Below are positions 1 through 9,304 of a stretch of 28,532 nucleotides of DNA, one piece after another. The DNA comes from Promethearchaeia archaeon. Its GTDB lineage: Archaea; Asgardarchaeota; Lokiarchaeia; Sigyniarchaeales; SOKP01. The notes below the pieces were generated by a model. That model was not told where the DNA came from. It ran no database searches and was given only the letters and a program-made list of their open reading frames with translations. The stretch covers positions 1 to 28,532 of the forward strand of contig JAHQWJ010000094.1 of the NCBI GenBank assembly GCA_029856125.1, written 5' to 3'. The position numbers and the translations under genes are program-made. Position 1 is the stretch's first letter; every line of letters begins with the position of its first letter.

Positions 1-2
1 GC

Positions 3-1490
3 GTTTTTTTCTTCGTACAATGAACAAAATTCTCTAATTTCACTGGTGGGGATGAATTCCTTTTTGAAGATTGATACTTGTTCCTCTCTTTTTAGAGTTT
101 TAATAGCAAGAACGAAAATCGACGACAATAAGGCAATAATCATAGCGAACACAACAGGTCTAAAAAGTATTTCAAATAAATCAATGGTAAAAGTAAGTAG
201 TACATCTTTCTTCACTAGTGGACTTATATTTTCTGTGCTGTATACTATAACTTTGGAATTACCCGAGTTATGCAAAGCTTCTGGTAATGAAGACATATAA
301 TCAATGCTACCACAACCTTCGATAATTACATTGGTAGTTTGTTCGTGTATTAAATAATCGTATTTAGTCGTAAGTAAATTTATTGAAATGGATTGTTGGA
401 GCCAATTGTAGGATATATATGCTTCAGGAGGCAGATAATATTCAAGAAAAAACTTAAATTTTGATGCTGGTGTCAGCAAAACTCTATTTTGGTATAAGCT
501 AATAGAAACATCTTTAGTTGAAACATCATCAATAGAATCTATGACGGATACTCCTAAGACCTCTCCCAGATCGTCATAAACTTTTACATTCATCGCATTA
601 ATAGGAATTTTCATAAATAATCGAGCGATTTCAACAATTCCAGCATTTACAACCGTGATTTCTTCGACATTTTTAATAGTTCCCCAGGGAGAAATGTAAA
701 TATCCTTGTCTATCTTTTCTATCTCTATTTTTGATGTGAGCGGGGCTGATACAGAAATAGTTGTTTCGTTATTTTCATCTAAGTTTAGTAAAAAAGGCTC
801 TAGATGGTTAATTTTATCGTTATATTCTAAGTCGTATAATACATTAGTTTCCCCAACTGGAGTTCCCATACCCCCAATTTGTGTGTGATATTGTAATGCT
901 GATCCTTCTGGTAATAGATAATTAGAAACAATAGTTCCTTCGCTCTTGTAAGGTAAAAGAGGAAACAAAGGTCCTTGAAATTCTAAAACTTGAGTGAGTT
1001 GTTCTTCAATATATCCAAGCCGATAAGATATTAAATTTGTATATGAATGCAGAACAGTAAAAGTAATTTCTTGTGATGGTAATAGAGGCGTATCAAAATA
1101 AATAGTTATCATTTCGTAAATATCCATTATTTCATGTGATCTTTCAATTAATAGTGTGTTTTGTGTTTCACCATAAGCGTTAAAATAAATTAGATTATTT
1201 GAATCTTCAACTTTTACTCCAAATAAAATTGAATTAATCGGATTGTTATTATTATTTAAGATAGTTAGCCTATCTTTTATATTTACTAAACCATAGGAAC
1301 TTAAATTAGTGGTCCTTGTTATACCAACCACTAAAAGGTTATCTGCTCCTTCCAAAGTCCCTGATAGCTGAGGGTCTTCAACCGAGGAATAAGGTTGATA
1401 ATTGTTTGAAAAATCATCTTGAATAGCTGAAAATACGATCATAACGGATAAAAACCCAATTAATATAATGAAAAACCTTTTTCTTTGCAT
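3..1490 (-). CDS. Ribophorin I (OST1/RPN1)-like oligosaccharyltransferase subunit, 3'-truncated at window edge (at least 496 aa)
   Basis: Absent from the ORF track; translated by hand from ATG at 1490. It begins MQRKRFFIILIGFLSVMIVFSAI (signal/anchor) and is followed by a beta-rich region. IEKIDKDIYISPWGTIKNVEEITVVNAG resembles ribophorin I 'R.IEVSHWGNI.VEE', and KVYDDLGEV resembles 'YYRDEIGNI'. A TM helix ILFRPVVFAMIIALLSSIFVLAI precedes a charged tail that is still open at base 3. Confidence 0.8.
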   Translation of the reverse strand, partial: MQRKRFFIILIGFLSVMIVFSAIQDDFSNNYQPYSSVEDPQLSGTLEGADNLLVVGITRTTNLSSYGLVNIKDRLTILNNNNNPINSILFGVKVEDSNNLIYFNAYGETQNTLLIERSHEIMDIYEMITIYFDTPLLPSQEITFTVLHSYTNLISYRLGYIEEQLTQVLEFQGPLFPLLPYKSEGTIVSNYLLPEGSALQYHTQIGGMGTPVGETNVLYDLEYNDKINHLEPFLLNLDENNETTISVSAPLTSKIEIEKIDKDIYISPWGTIKNVEEITVVNAGIVEIARLFMKIPINAMNVKVYDDLGEVLGVSVIDSIDDVSTKDVSISLYQNRVLLTPASKFKFFLEYYLPPEAYISYNWLQQSISINLLTTKYDYLIHEQTTNVIIEGCGSIDYMSSLPEALHNSGNSKVIVYSTENISPLVKKDVLLTFTIDLFEILFRPVVFAMIIALLSSIFVLAIKTLKREEQVSIFKKEFIPTSEIREFCSLYEEKN

Positions 1491-1641
1491 AATTCAATTC
1501 CTTTGTAAACTCAAATTAACTAACAATAATTAATACCATTAATAAAAATTTATTATATTTTTTTATATAATTCAAGATAAAACTTATTATTTTTGTTGTT
1601 TTTAATTTATTTAATTATAAAAATAATTTATAAAAGTATAA
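1491..1641. promoter_or_regulatory. Probable bidirectional promoter region between the ribophorin-like gene and sec61beta
   Basis: 151-bp extremely AT-rich spacer between two divergent start codons, with several TATA-like boxes (e.g. TTTATATA, TTTATAAA). The exact boxes cannot be assigned. Confidence 0.5.
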
Positions 1642-1857
1642 ATGTCGTCTCAACGCAGCCAATCAAGACGTAAAAAAAGAAGAAGCGGAAACGCACCAAT
1701 GCCTTTAGGAGGCGCTGGTTTGATGAGGTTTTTTGAGGATAGTTCAATTGGAATTAAAATTAGCCCGATTACAACTGTAATTATAGCTCTTAGTTTAATA
1801 TTAATAGTAATTTTTGCTTGGTTAGGTATTTTTAATTGGTTGTTTACCCCCTCCTAA
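1642..1857 (+). CDS. secG: Protein translocase subunit Sec61beta (archaeal SecG)
   Basis: 71 aa with a basic N-terminus, the GAGLMRFFED..GIKISP motif typical of Sec61beta, and one C-terminal TM helix. Confidence 0.9.
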   Translation: MSSQRSQSRRKKRRSGNAPMPLGGAGLMRFFEDSSIGIKISPITTVIIALSLILIVIFAWLGIFNWLFTPS

Positions 1858-1899
1858 CTTTATTTATAACATTTTTTATGAACGTGGATACAGTTTAAT

Positions 1900-2193
1900 A
1901 TGCGTATATCGGAATTTCAGGCGTCACTCAAAAAGCTCTACCTTCACAAGGACCTAAATCGGGGGATTAAAAGCACATATATTTGGCTTATTGAAGAAAT
2001 TGGTGAGCTTGCCACTTTAATAAACGCCCTAGAATTAGATAAAAAAAAGATTTCTGAAGAGTTAGCAGATATAATAGCCTGGACAATTTCTATCGCAAAC
2101 ATCCTAAATATTGATATAGAAGAAGCTATAAGTAGTAAATACCCCAATAAGTGTAAAAAGTGTAATTCTTCTCCTTGTAATTGTGTAAAATGA
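1900..2193 (+). CDS. MazG-like nucleotide pyrophosphohydrolase with C-terminal Cys cluster
   Basis: WLIEEIGELA...EELAD acidic motifs; C-terminal KYPNKCKKCNSSPCNC. Confidence 0.88.
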   Translation: MRISEFQASLKKLYLHKDLNRGIKSTYIWLIEEIGELATLINALELDKKKISEELADIIAWTISIANILNIDIEEAISSKYPNKCKKCNSSPCNCVK

Positions 2194-2245
2194 TTAAATT
2201 TACTCCATCGTAATCCATTTTCTTAACTAATTTGTTGTTTAGCCC

Positions 2246-2563
2246 ATGAAAATATCAGATTTTCAGGATTTACTAAAAGATCTTTATCTCCAAAAAGATT
2301 TAGATTGAGGAGTTAAATCCACCTTTATTTGGTTAGTAGAAGAAATTGGGGAATTAGCCACCATATTAAATTCAAAAGATATAGATAAGAAAAAAGTATC
2401 TGAAGAAATTCCGGATATTAGTGTTTGGATCAACTCAAATGCTAATCTATTAGAGATCGATAGGGGGTCAATATTATTTAATAAATATCCTTACAAATAT
2501 GTTCGCTGTAATTCAAAACCATGTCAAAGTAATACATCAAGAAGAGAGAAAACAGTATTTTAG
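2246..2563 (+). pseudogene. Degenerate tandem paralog of the MazG-like gene
   Basis: Manual translation MKISDFQDLLKDLYLQKDLD*GVKSTFIWLVEEIGELATILNSKDIDKKKVSEEIPDISVW...NKYPYKYVRCNSKPCQS aligns end to end with 1900..2193. There is an in-frame TGA at 2306-2308 where the paralog has Arg; ELAD has become EIPD and two of the four Cys are lost. Confidence 0.85.
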
Positions 2564-2587
2564 AAGAAAAAAGTTTAGAAAAATTAA

Positions 2588-3658
2588 TCAATTTAAGTCT
2601 TCTTCTTTAATCAAGTGTTCAGAACAATCTATGTGTCGTATCCAGAAAAGATTTTTTGGTAATATATTATATTTTGGACCATCTGGAACTTTTTCACTAA
2701 ACGCAAGCTTAATTAATATGTTTGGCATATTAGCTAAAGGTATATTAAATTTTTTTGCTGCAAAAGAGAAAAAATAGCTAGTTGTAAAGAACCTTCCAGC
2801 ATTTATTTCAGTTGGACAGATCATTCCCGATTTATCTCCTTTCATATCAACACAAAATACACCCGTCGCGTTTGTATCAATGGCTAAAACAGCTTGAGTA
2901 GCTAATTCATTAACTTTATCATTATGAATTGTTTTTGCAACAATTGGAGTCCCAGTAACACCAGATGGAGCTAAATAAGGATATATGTATTCAATTCTTT
3001 CCCTTGCTTGAGAAGTTATTAATTCTCCTTCTTTAAAAATACTTTGAAATGCAATATTTCTCCCAGGTAGAAATTCTTGAGCAATAAAATCCCAATTTTT
3101 GCCTCTAGAACGCCAATATTTTATCCAATTTACACCTGTCTCAATATTTTCAATAGGCGTACTTCCTGTACCTCCAGCACCTTTTTTAGCGCGAATCCAG
3201 AGTTTCTCTCCAAGTAGATCAAAAGCTTTATGAATATCGTTCTGTAAATATGCATTTCGAATTTCGATCGCTTTTACAGATGGAAACATTTTATCTTTCC
3301 AAATGTTAGCGCTTAGAAATTTGTCTTGACATATTTTAATTGTTTCTTTTTTTGGTAAATAAGTAAGGGCATTGAGTTCTTCTCGATTTTCTGAAATAAC
3401 TGATACTTCAATGTCAGGTTGCGGATGTACCAAATCAATTTTATATTTATTTATTATTTCATTTAGTTTTAGAATATATTGATCCGAAGTTGCTTTTGGA
3501 ACAATAAACATCTTCTTTGTCCATGGTTTAGCAAATTCTATATGGTATGCATTAATATCTGTTCCATATAATTCCATATCACCATTAACAGAATCCAAAG
3601 ACCTTAAAAAATTTACTCCAGCTGGACCTCCTGATCCTGTAACTAGTATTTTTTTCAT
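2588..3658 (-). CDS. ATP-grasp ligase (CarB-like family found in polysaccharide clusters)
   Basis: N-terminal KILVTGSGGPAG, CQDKF, K.GAGG.GS loop, AQEFLPG, CVD, and TEINAGRF ATP-grasp signature. The start is more likely MKKIL (3658) than 3673. Confidence 0.8.
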   Translation of the reverse strand: MKKILVTGSGGPAGVNFLRSLDSVNGDMELYGTDINAYHIEFAKPWTKKMFIVPKATSDQYILKLNEIINKYKIDLVHPQPDIEVSVISENREELNALTYLPKKETIKICQDKFLSANIWKDKMFPSVKAIEIRNAYLQNDIHKAFDLLGEKLWIRAKKGAGGTGSTPIENIETGVNWIKYWRSRGKNWDFIAQEFLPGRNIAFQSIFKEGELITSQARERIEYIYPYLAPSGVTGTPIVAKTIHNDKVNELATQAVLAIDTNATGVFCVDMKGDKSGMICPTEINAGRFFTTSYFFSFAAKKFNIPLANMPNILIKLAFSEKVPDGPKYNILPKNLFWIRHIDCSEHLIKEEDLN

Positions 3659-3894
3659 ATAAACCAGTATCAATAGCTGATAAAATTATAATAATAAAAA
3701 GTGCAAGAAACATATTAATATTGGGTAATGAATGGTAATTAATGGCACAATTTGACTTATAGGTAATAAAATTACTTTAGTTGAAAACTATTTATGAAAA
3801 TATTTAAATTAATAAATAAAAATCCTTACAACTTATAAAAAGTACAATAATTTTTTATTCATGATTTAGAAGAAATCGTATAATGTATATTGGC

Positions 3895-3916
3895 TTGAAA
3901 CATTTCAACGTTGAAA
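3895..3916. promoter_or_regulatory. Candidate operator: alternating inverted hexamers
   Basis: TTGAAA-CA-TTTCAA-CG-TTGAAA, including the perfect 14-bp palindrome TTTCAACGTTGAAA (3903-3916), in a divergent intergenic region. Confidence 0.35.
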
Positions 3917-4084
3917 AATGATTGAACACTTTGTTGTAGGAAGATAATTAATCACGGATTTGTCTAAAAAATAAACAGATGACTATTTTTAACATTATTT
4001 GAAAAGGTAAATGGAAGAATTTAAAGGTTTTTATTTATAAGTTAAAAGTATAATCTTAATCTAATTAATGATGATAAAATTACA

Positions 4085-5086
4085 ATGGAAATAGAAGGTA
4101 ATATAATACTTATAACTGGTGGAGCAGGTTTTATAGGATCACATATCGTTGATCGGCTTATAAAAGAAAATGCTAAAAAAATTATTGTATATGATAATTT
4201 TTCCTCAGGTAAGAAGGAATATATTGATAAAAAAGGAGTGGATATTATAGAAGGGGATATTCTAGATTATAAAAAATTAGAACACATGATGAAAAATGTG
4301 GATATTGTATCTCATCACGCTGCAGAGTTAGAAGTTTTTACTGGAATTGAAAATTCGATTCATGATTTAAGAATTAATATTGAGGGTACCTTAAATGTAT
4401 TAAATGCTGCTATTAAAAATAAAGTAAAGAAACTTATATATGCCTCATCAGGGGGGATTTATGGGCAGGCAAGTTATCTTCCTGAAGATGAAAATCATCC
4501 CCTCATGCCTCATTGGCCTTATGGGGTAAGTAAATTATCGGGAGAGAAATACTGTTTACAATATAATTTATTATATGGTCTTCCAACGGTATCTCTACGA
4601 TATGGCATTGTTTATGGCCCACGAGAGTGGTACGGAAGAGTATTAACCTTATTTATAAAAAGAGTTTTAGAGGGAAAAGCTCCAATTATCTTTGGAGATG
4701 GAAATCAAAGAAGAGATTATGTTTATATCGACGATGTTGTTGAAGGCAATATACTATCTATAAAAAGTGATAAAGCAAATGGAAAAGCGTTTAATTTGGG
4801 AGGAAGCAATTCATATTCAGTAAAACAAGTAGCAGATATCGTTATCAATCTTATAAATCCAGATATAAAACCAATATACGATGATCCAATACCAGGGGAA
4901 TCAAGTAAGTATCAACCAAACAGAAAAAGACTGCCAGGGGAACTAATAGATTTTATTTTAGACAGTTCTTATATAAGCAATCTTTTAAATTACATTCCAA
5001 AAACCGATTTTAAATTTGGTGTAGGGAAAGAAATTGAGTGGGTAAAGAAAAATCTTGATATTTGGAATTCTTTACCCCGAGTATAA
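4085..5086 (+). CDS. NAD-dependent nucleotide-sugar epimerase/dehydratase (extended SDR)
   Basis: TGGAGFIGSH, YASSG, YGVSK (YxxxK), RYGIVYGPR, GDGNQRRDYVY. Confidence 0.93.
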   Translation: MEIEGNIILITGGAGFIGSHIVDRLIKENAKKIIVYDNFSSGKKEYIDKKGVDIIEGDILDYKKLEHMMKNVDIVSHHAAELEVFTGIENSIHDLRINIEGTLNVLNAAIKNKVKKLIYASSGGIYGQASYLPEDENHPLMPHWPYGVSKLSGEKYCLQYNLLYGLPTVSLRYGIVYGPREWYGRVLTLFIKRVLEGKAPIIFGDGNQRRDYVYIDDVVEGNILSIKSDKANGKAFNLGGSNSYSVKQVADIVINLINPDIKPIYDDPIPGESSKYQPNRKRLPGELIDFILDSSYISNLLNYIPKTDFKFGVGKEIEWVKKNLDIWNSLPRV

Positions 5087-5103
5087 CTAATTAAAGGAGA
5101 TGA

Positions 5104-6180
5104 GTGAAAATAAAAGTTTGGTTAGACTTTTGTGAACCAAAAAGTGTTACTATGTTAAGACCACTTTATGAAAAACTCTCAGTAAATCATGAAGTTTTTA
5201 TTACTGCTAGACTTTTTGATTCCACTTTTTATCTACTTGATCAATGGGGGATAGATTACATTCCTGTTGGGAAGTATGGTGGAGCATCTTTGATTGGAAA
5301 ATTAAAAGCTTATTCAGATCGCCTTTCTGAATTAATTAATATAATTAATAAAAAAACACCCGGATTTTTGTTTTGCATAACTTCTCCTGAAGCTTTAAGA
5401 ATTTCATTTGGATTGCAAATTCCAAATATTATGTTTAATGATGAGCCAAGATCTTATGGCCCTTGCACAACGACTTTTCCTTTTATTGATCAAATAATTG
5501 TTCCTAAATGTATTCCTATTGAGTGGTACTTAAATTATGGTCTTAAGAAGGAAAAAATTATAAGATTTAATGGAATTGACGAAGTTGGATGGCTAAATAA
5601 TTTTAAACCTGATATCAATGTAATAAGTAAACTAAATTTAGAAGCTGATCACTATGTGGTGTGTAGAACTGAACCAACTAAAGCAGGATATCTTATAGAT
5701 AAAATGAAACCTTATGAAACACAATTATCAAATATTATACCAAAATTAATTAAATCGAATCCAAATCTTAAATATCTAATTATAACTAGAAATGAAGAAC
5801 AGTTTAGTTATTTAAATAAAATTTTTTCATCGCAAATAAAAGCTGATATTATTAGAATTTACAGAGGAATGGATCAGTTAGCTCATATTATGTACTTTTC
5901 GAAATTAGTAATAACCGGTGGCGGAACAATGGTAAGAGAATCAGCGTTATTAGGTGTTCCCTCTATTGAATTTTTCCCCCTTGAAACATATCCCCAAGAA
6001 CAATTCCTTATTGATAACGGTTTCCCACTTTACCATTTTCATAATGCTGAAGATTGTATTCACCAAGCAGTTGAGTATATTGGTGGAAATTTCAAAATTG
6101 ATACATTTGAAAGAATTAAAAAATTGGAAAATCCAATTGAAATAGGATACAACGAATTTATAAAAAACAGTAAAAATTAA
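5104..6180 (+). CDS. DUF354-family GT-B-fold protein (putative glycosyltransferase)
   Basis: KVWLD..PK, ITAR, GKYGG, FNG.DE, and GGGTMVRESALLGVPSI motifs of the archaeal DUF354 family. GTG start preceded by AAGGAG. Confidence 0.8.
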   Translation: MKIKVWLDFCEPKSVTMLRPLYEKLSVNHEVFITARLFDSTFYLLDQWGIDYIPVGKYGGASLIGKLKAYSDRLSELINIINKKTPGFLFCITSPEALRISFGLQIPNIMFNDEPRSYGPCTTTFPFIDQIIVPKCIPIEWYLNYGLKKEKIIRFNGIDEVGWLNNFKPDINVISKLNLEADHYVVCRTEPTKAGYLIDKMKPYETQLSNIIPKLIKSNPNLKYLIITRNEEQFSYLNKIFSSQIKADIIRIYRGMDQLAHIMYFSKLVITGGGTMVRESALLGVPSIEFFPLETYPQEQFLIDNGFPLYHFHNAEDCIHQAVEYIGGNFKIDTFERIKKLENPIEIGYNEFIKNSKN

Positions 6181-7295
6181 GTAGTGCTGTTTTTAAGAAA
6201 TTCTTGATAAATAATTTCTATTTTCTCTCCTACTGTCGTATAAGTATATCGCTTAATAAATTTTTGAGCTTTTTGAACTAATTTTAATCTTAAATTAGAA
6301 TCTCCAAGTAATCTAAGAATTTCTTTAGCTAAGAGTTGAGGTCTTTTTGGTGGAACGAAAATTGCATTATCTTTTAATACTTCCTTATAAGCCAACATAG
6401 ATGAACAAATTACAGGTGTCCCACACGCCAATGATTCAATAGGAGTTAAACCGAAACCTTCAGAAGCATAGGAATAAGTAATAAAAAGATCTCCCATCGA
6501 ATAATAATAGGGTATATCATCTTCAGAAATAAAGCCAACAAAATGTATATCACTATATTTTTCTTTCCATTCAAAATAAGATTTTTCCATCCTAAAATCA
6601 GGTTTTCCCCCTATTACCAAATTTACATCAGGTATCCTGCTTTTAACAATTTTATAGGCTTCGATAATATGATCTAACCCCTTATAATGAGCAATCCTTC
6701 CAATATATAATAAGATAGGGCCTTTAATGTTAAGTTTTTGTTTTAATTTTTGAGCTTCAGAGGGATAGGGTTTAAATTTCTCTTCTATAGCATTGTAGTG
6801 ATTAATTATTTTAAGAGGATTACTCTTTGGGATAAAATATCCAATTTCTTTTTTAACAAAGTTGGTAACAGTCGTTACTATAGTAGCCTTTTTTATAACG
6901 TATTTAATTAATAGTTTTTCAAATGGTATTTTGGTAAATCTTGTTTCGAATGGGCCTAAATCGTGAATCGTGGTTATAAATCTTTTTTTATTGGATAAAA
7001 TTATTGGTAGAGCCCCTTTAGGTCCATTTCCATGAATTATATCAAATTGATGAGTTCTTAAATATTTCATAACGCCGATAACGAATTGAGGATACCAAAA
7101 AAAACGCTTTCTAATAAAATTTAGTTGAATAATGTCGCGATCGTTTAGTTTATTAGTCCATTTTCCAGTAAGTAACGTAACTTTATAGCCTTGTCTTTTT
7201 AAATAGTCGTAAAAACCTTTTATTGTCTTAGAAGCACCATCTTGAAAGTCTGGTGGAACTGCTATAGATATTAGACAAATTTTTAATTTTTTCAT
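6177..7295 (-). CDS. Glycosyltransferase family 4 (GT-B)
   Basis: TTIHD, LYIGRIAHYKG, SEGFGLTPIESLACGTPVI (EX7E motif). Confidence 0.93.
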   Translation of the reverse strand: MKKLKICLISIAVPPDFQDGASKTIKGFYDYLKRQGYKVTLLTGKWTNKLNDRDIIQLNFIRKRFFWYPQFVIGVMKYLRTHQFDIIHGNGPKGALPIILSNKKRFITTIHDLGPFETRFTKIPFEKLLIKYVIKKATIVTTVTNFVKKEIGYFIPKSNPLKIINHYNAIEEKFKPYPSEAQKLKQKLNIKGPILLYIGRIAHYKGLDHIIEAYKIVKSRIPDVNLVIGGKPDFRMEKSYFEWKEKYSDIHFVGFISEDDIPYYYSMGDLFITYSYASEGFGLTPIESLACGTPVICSSMLAYKEVLKDNAIFVPPKRPQLLAKEILRLLGDSNLRLKLVQKAQKFIKRYTYTTVGEKIEIIYQEFLKNSTT

Positions 7296-7390
7296 TTCTA
7301 TTGTTTAAAAACTTAATTTAGATTTAAAAATTTTTATACATAATAGAAAATTAAAATGTATATAAAAATAGGTTTTAAGGAATTAGTATA

Positions 7391-8044
7391 ATGTTGGAAG
7401 AATTTTTGAATAATCTAATGATTGATAAGATTCAGGAATACGGAAAAAAAAAGAAATTTCAAAAAGTTATCGATATTGGAGGAAAAGATGGAAAATATAC
7501 TTCAAGAATTTCTGAAAATCTTACTATCGTAGATTTAAATCCAGTTATTATAAGCCCTACAATAAATTATGTTAAAACGGACATAATGGAGTTTGAAACA
7601 AAAGAAAAGTTTGACTTAGTCGTAAGCTCTGCTTTTATAGAACATATTTCTAAAGTAGAGGTTGTAAATGTTTTAAAAAAAGTTAATTATCTTTTAAAAG
7701 ATGACGGATTTGCATTTTTAACTTGTCCAAATGCATGGAGTATAAATCGATTGCTAGGAGAAATCATGGGAATTTGTAAATCATTAGAATTATCAGAAGG
7801 AGATAAAATGGTGGGTCATAAATTTATGTATAATCTGCCTAGATTAGAAGAAATTGTTAAAGAGAATTTAATTTTTGTTGAATCGGGTTCTTATTTTCTC
7901 AAACCTCTTCCTGCTTCTGATATGAATAAAATATTTGATATAAGTGCATTTAGAAGCTTTGCTTCTATAAACTCTAACTCGTATCCACAAATAAAAGATT
8001 ATCTAGCTGAGATTTATATCATTGGGAAAAAGAGGGAAGAATAA
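7391..8044 (+). CDS. Class I SAM-dependent methyltransferase
   Basis: VIDIGGKDG motif I, FDLVVSSAFIEH, LKDDGFAFLTCPN. Confidence 0.85.
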   Translation: MLEEFLNNLMIDKIQEYGKKKKFQKVIDIGGKDGKYTSRISENLTIVDLNPVIISPTINYVKTDIMEFETKEKFDLVVSSAFIEHISKVEVVNVLKKVNYLLKDDGFAFLTCPNAWSINRLLGEIMGICKSLELSEGDKMVGHKFMYNLPRLEEIVKENLIFVESGSYFLKPLPASDMNKIFDISAFRSFASINSNSYPQIKDYLAEIYIIGKKREE

Positions 8045-8107
8045 ACCGCTGGAGTTAACTTTATTACCACTTGTAAAGATTTTAAATAAATTTATATGAA
8101 ATTATTA

Positions 8108-9082
8108 TTAAGTTAACTGTTTAAATCCATCCTCAGTTATCAATATCGTTTCTTCGCTCTGAGCGACAAACTCTCCCTTCTGTTCTGCTAAGACATAGTG
8201 AACTTGAATTTTTCCTTGCTGAATTAATTCTTGGAGTCCAAAAACAACACCCATTCTAAAATCTTTTGCTAACCATCTTTCTGCAAAGGGAAGCGTTTTG
8301 TAATTTTTATTGATATGTCCTAGAATTTGCTTAGATGTTTTTCTCCTTAGCGGAACTCTTCCTGCGTAAGGATTTAATTCATAAATATAGGAAGCATTCG
8401 TATTATGGACGCTCCCTTCTCCTGTTGAAGCAAAAATTTCTATAGCAAAAACTTCCCCTTCTTCCATAACATCCCCACCTTGAGTACCCAATTCAGGCAA
8501 CCGTTTTTTACCGTGTACAATCCATCTTTCAATTTGATGTCCGCCTAGTTCTTTTATTGGGTTAAATTTAAATCCCTTTACGATGTCTTCTATTTTTTTT
8601 CCTAATTCCTTAGTATTGACTTTGGGTTTAACTAACATTTTTGCTGCTTCAAGAGCTATTTCAGTTGCTTGAATTATATTTTCAAGGGATTTTTCATCAT
8701 TAAAACTTACTGTAAAGGCAGTATCAACAATATAACCTTCGATATGAACTCCTAAATCAATTTTCACAATATCTCCTTCATTAATAGTAAGTCCATCGTC
8801 TTTGATTGGAGATGTATAATGAGCTGCTGTATTATTTATACTTACATTGATAGGGAAAGCCCATTCTCCACCTAACTCGATGATTTTTGCTTCAGCGTTT
8901 TTAATAAGATTAAATACATTTGTTCCAACCTCAACTTGTGGTCTAATGAATTTTTTTACTTCTTGAGCAATTTCACCCGCTTTTTTAAGAGATTCTAACT
9001 TAATCTTTTTCTCTTCGGCCTCAGTTTCTTCCTTATTAGTTCCTTGATCAGATTGATTTTTCAATTTGTTTATTTCATTCAT
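8108..9082 (-). CDS. map: Methionine aminopeptidase type II
   Basis: AFPINVSINNTAAHYT, KIDLGVHIEGYIVDTAFT, GGHQI, AIEIFASTG, the type II insert (TLPFAERWL) and AQSEETI. Confidence 0.95.
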   Translation of the reverse strand: MNEINKLKNQSDQGTNKEETEAEEKKIKLESLKKAGEIAQEVKKFIRPQVEVGTNVFNLIKNAEAKIIELGGEWAFPINVSINNTAAHYTSPIKDDGLTINEGDIVKIDLGVHIEGYIVDTAFTVSFNDEKSLENIIQATEIALEAAKMLVKPKVNTKELGKKIEDIVKGFKFNPIKELGGHQIERWIVHGKKRLPELGTQGGDVMEEGEVFAIEIFASTGEGSVHNTNASYIYELNPYAGRVPLRRKTSKQILGHINKNYKTLPFAERWLAKDFRMGVVFGLQELIQQGKIQVHYVLAEQKGEFVAQSEETILITEDGFKQLT

Positions 9083-9289
9083 TAAGATATATTAATGATG
9101 AAATTGATAAAAATATTTTTTAATTAAGTACATCTCATACATTACAAAATAGAAAAAATAAAATAAACATTAATAATTAAATAAAATTAATTTTAATAGA
9201 TCATATAAGTAATTAATTTATCACTAATTACGATGCTTTACATTTGAGTGAAAATTTTTGTAAAGTATTAAAACTCTCATTAAAACATT

Positions 9290-9296
9290 AGGAGGT
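9290..9296 (+). promoter_or_regulatory. Shine-Dalgarno site of the roadblock gene
   Basis: AGGAGGT lies 8 nt before the TTG at 9305. Confidence 0.7.
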
Positions 9297-9304
9297 ATTT
9301 ACGG

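Noticed and set aside
46-888. Track ORFs 46..300 and 706..888 (+)
   Set aside because: Antisense shadows of the ribophorin-like gene.
2306-2308. In-frame TGA as selenocysteine recoding
   Set aside because: It aligns to Arg, not Cys, in the intact paralog; other conserved motifs are also damaged; no convincing SECIS-like hairpin was seen downstream.
1900-2563. MazG pair as an anti-phage or toxin-antitoxin system
   Set aside because: Short housekeeping-type archaeal MazG with no neighbouring defence genes, and the second copy is broken.
2499-2777. 92-aa ORF (+)
   Set aside because: Overlaps the MazG pseudogene out of frame and the ATP-grasp gene antisense; no recognisable motif.
3674-4084. 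Long intergenic region as a CRISPR array, ncRNA or small gene (TTGAAA resembles CRISPR repeat ends)
   Set aside because: No repeat-spacer periodicity, no GC-rich stems, no credible ORF and no cas genes nearby.
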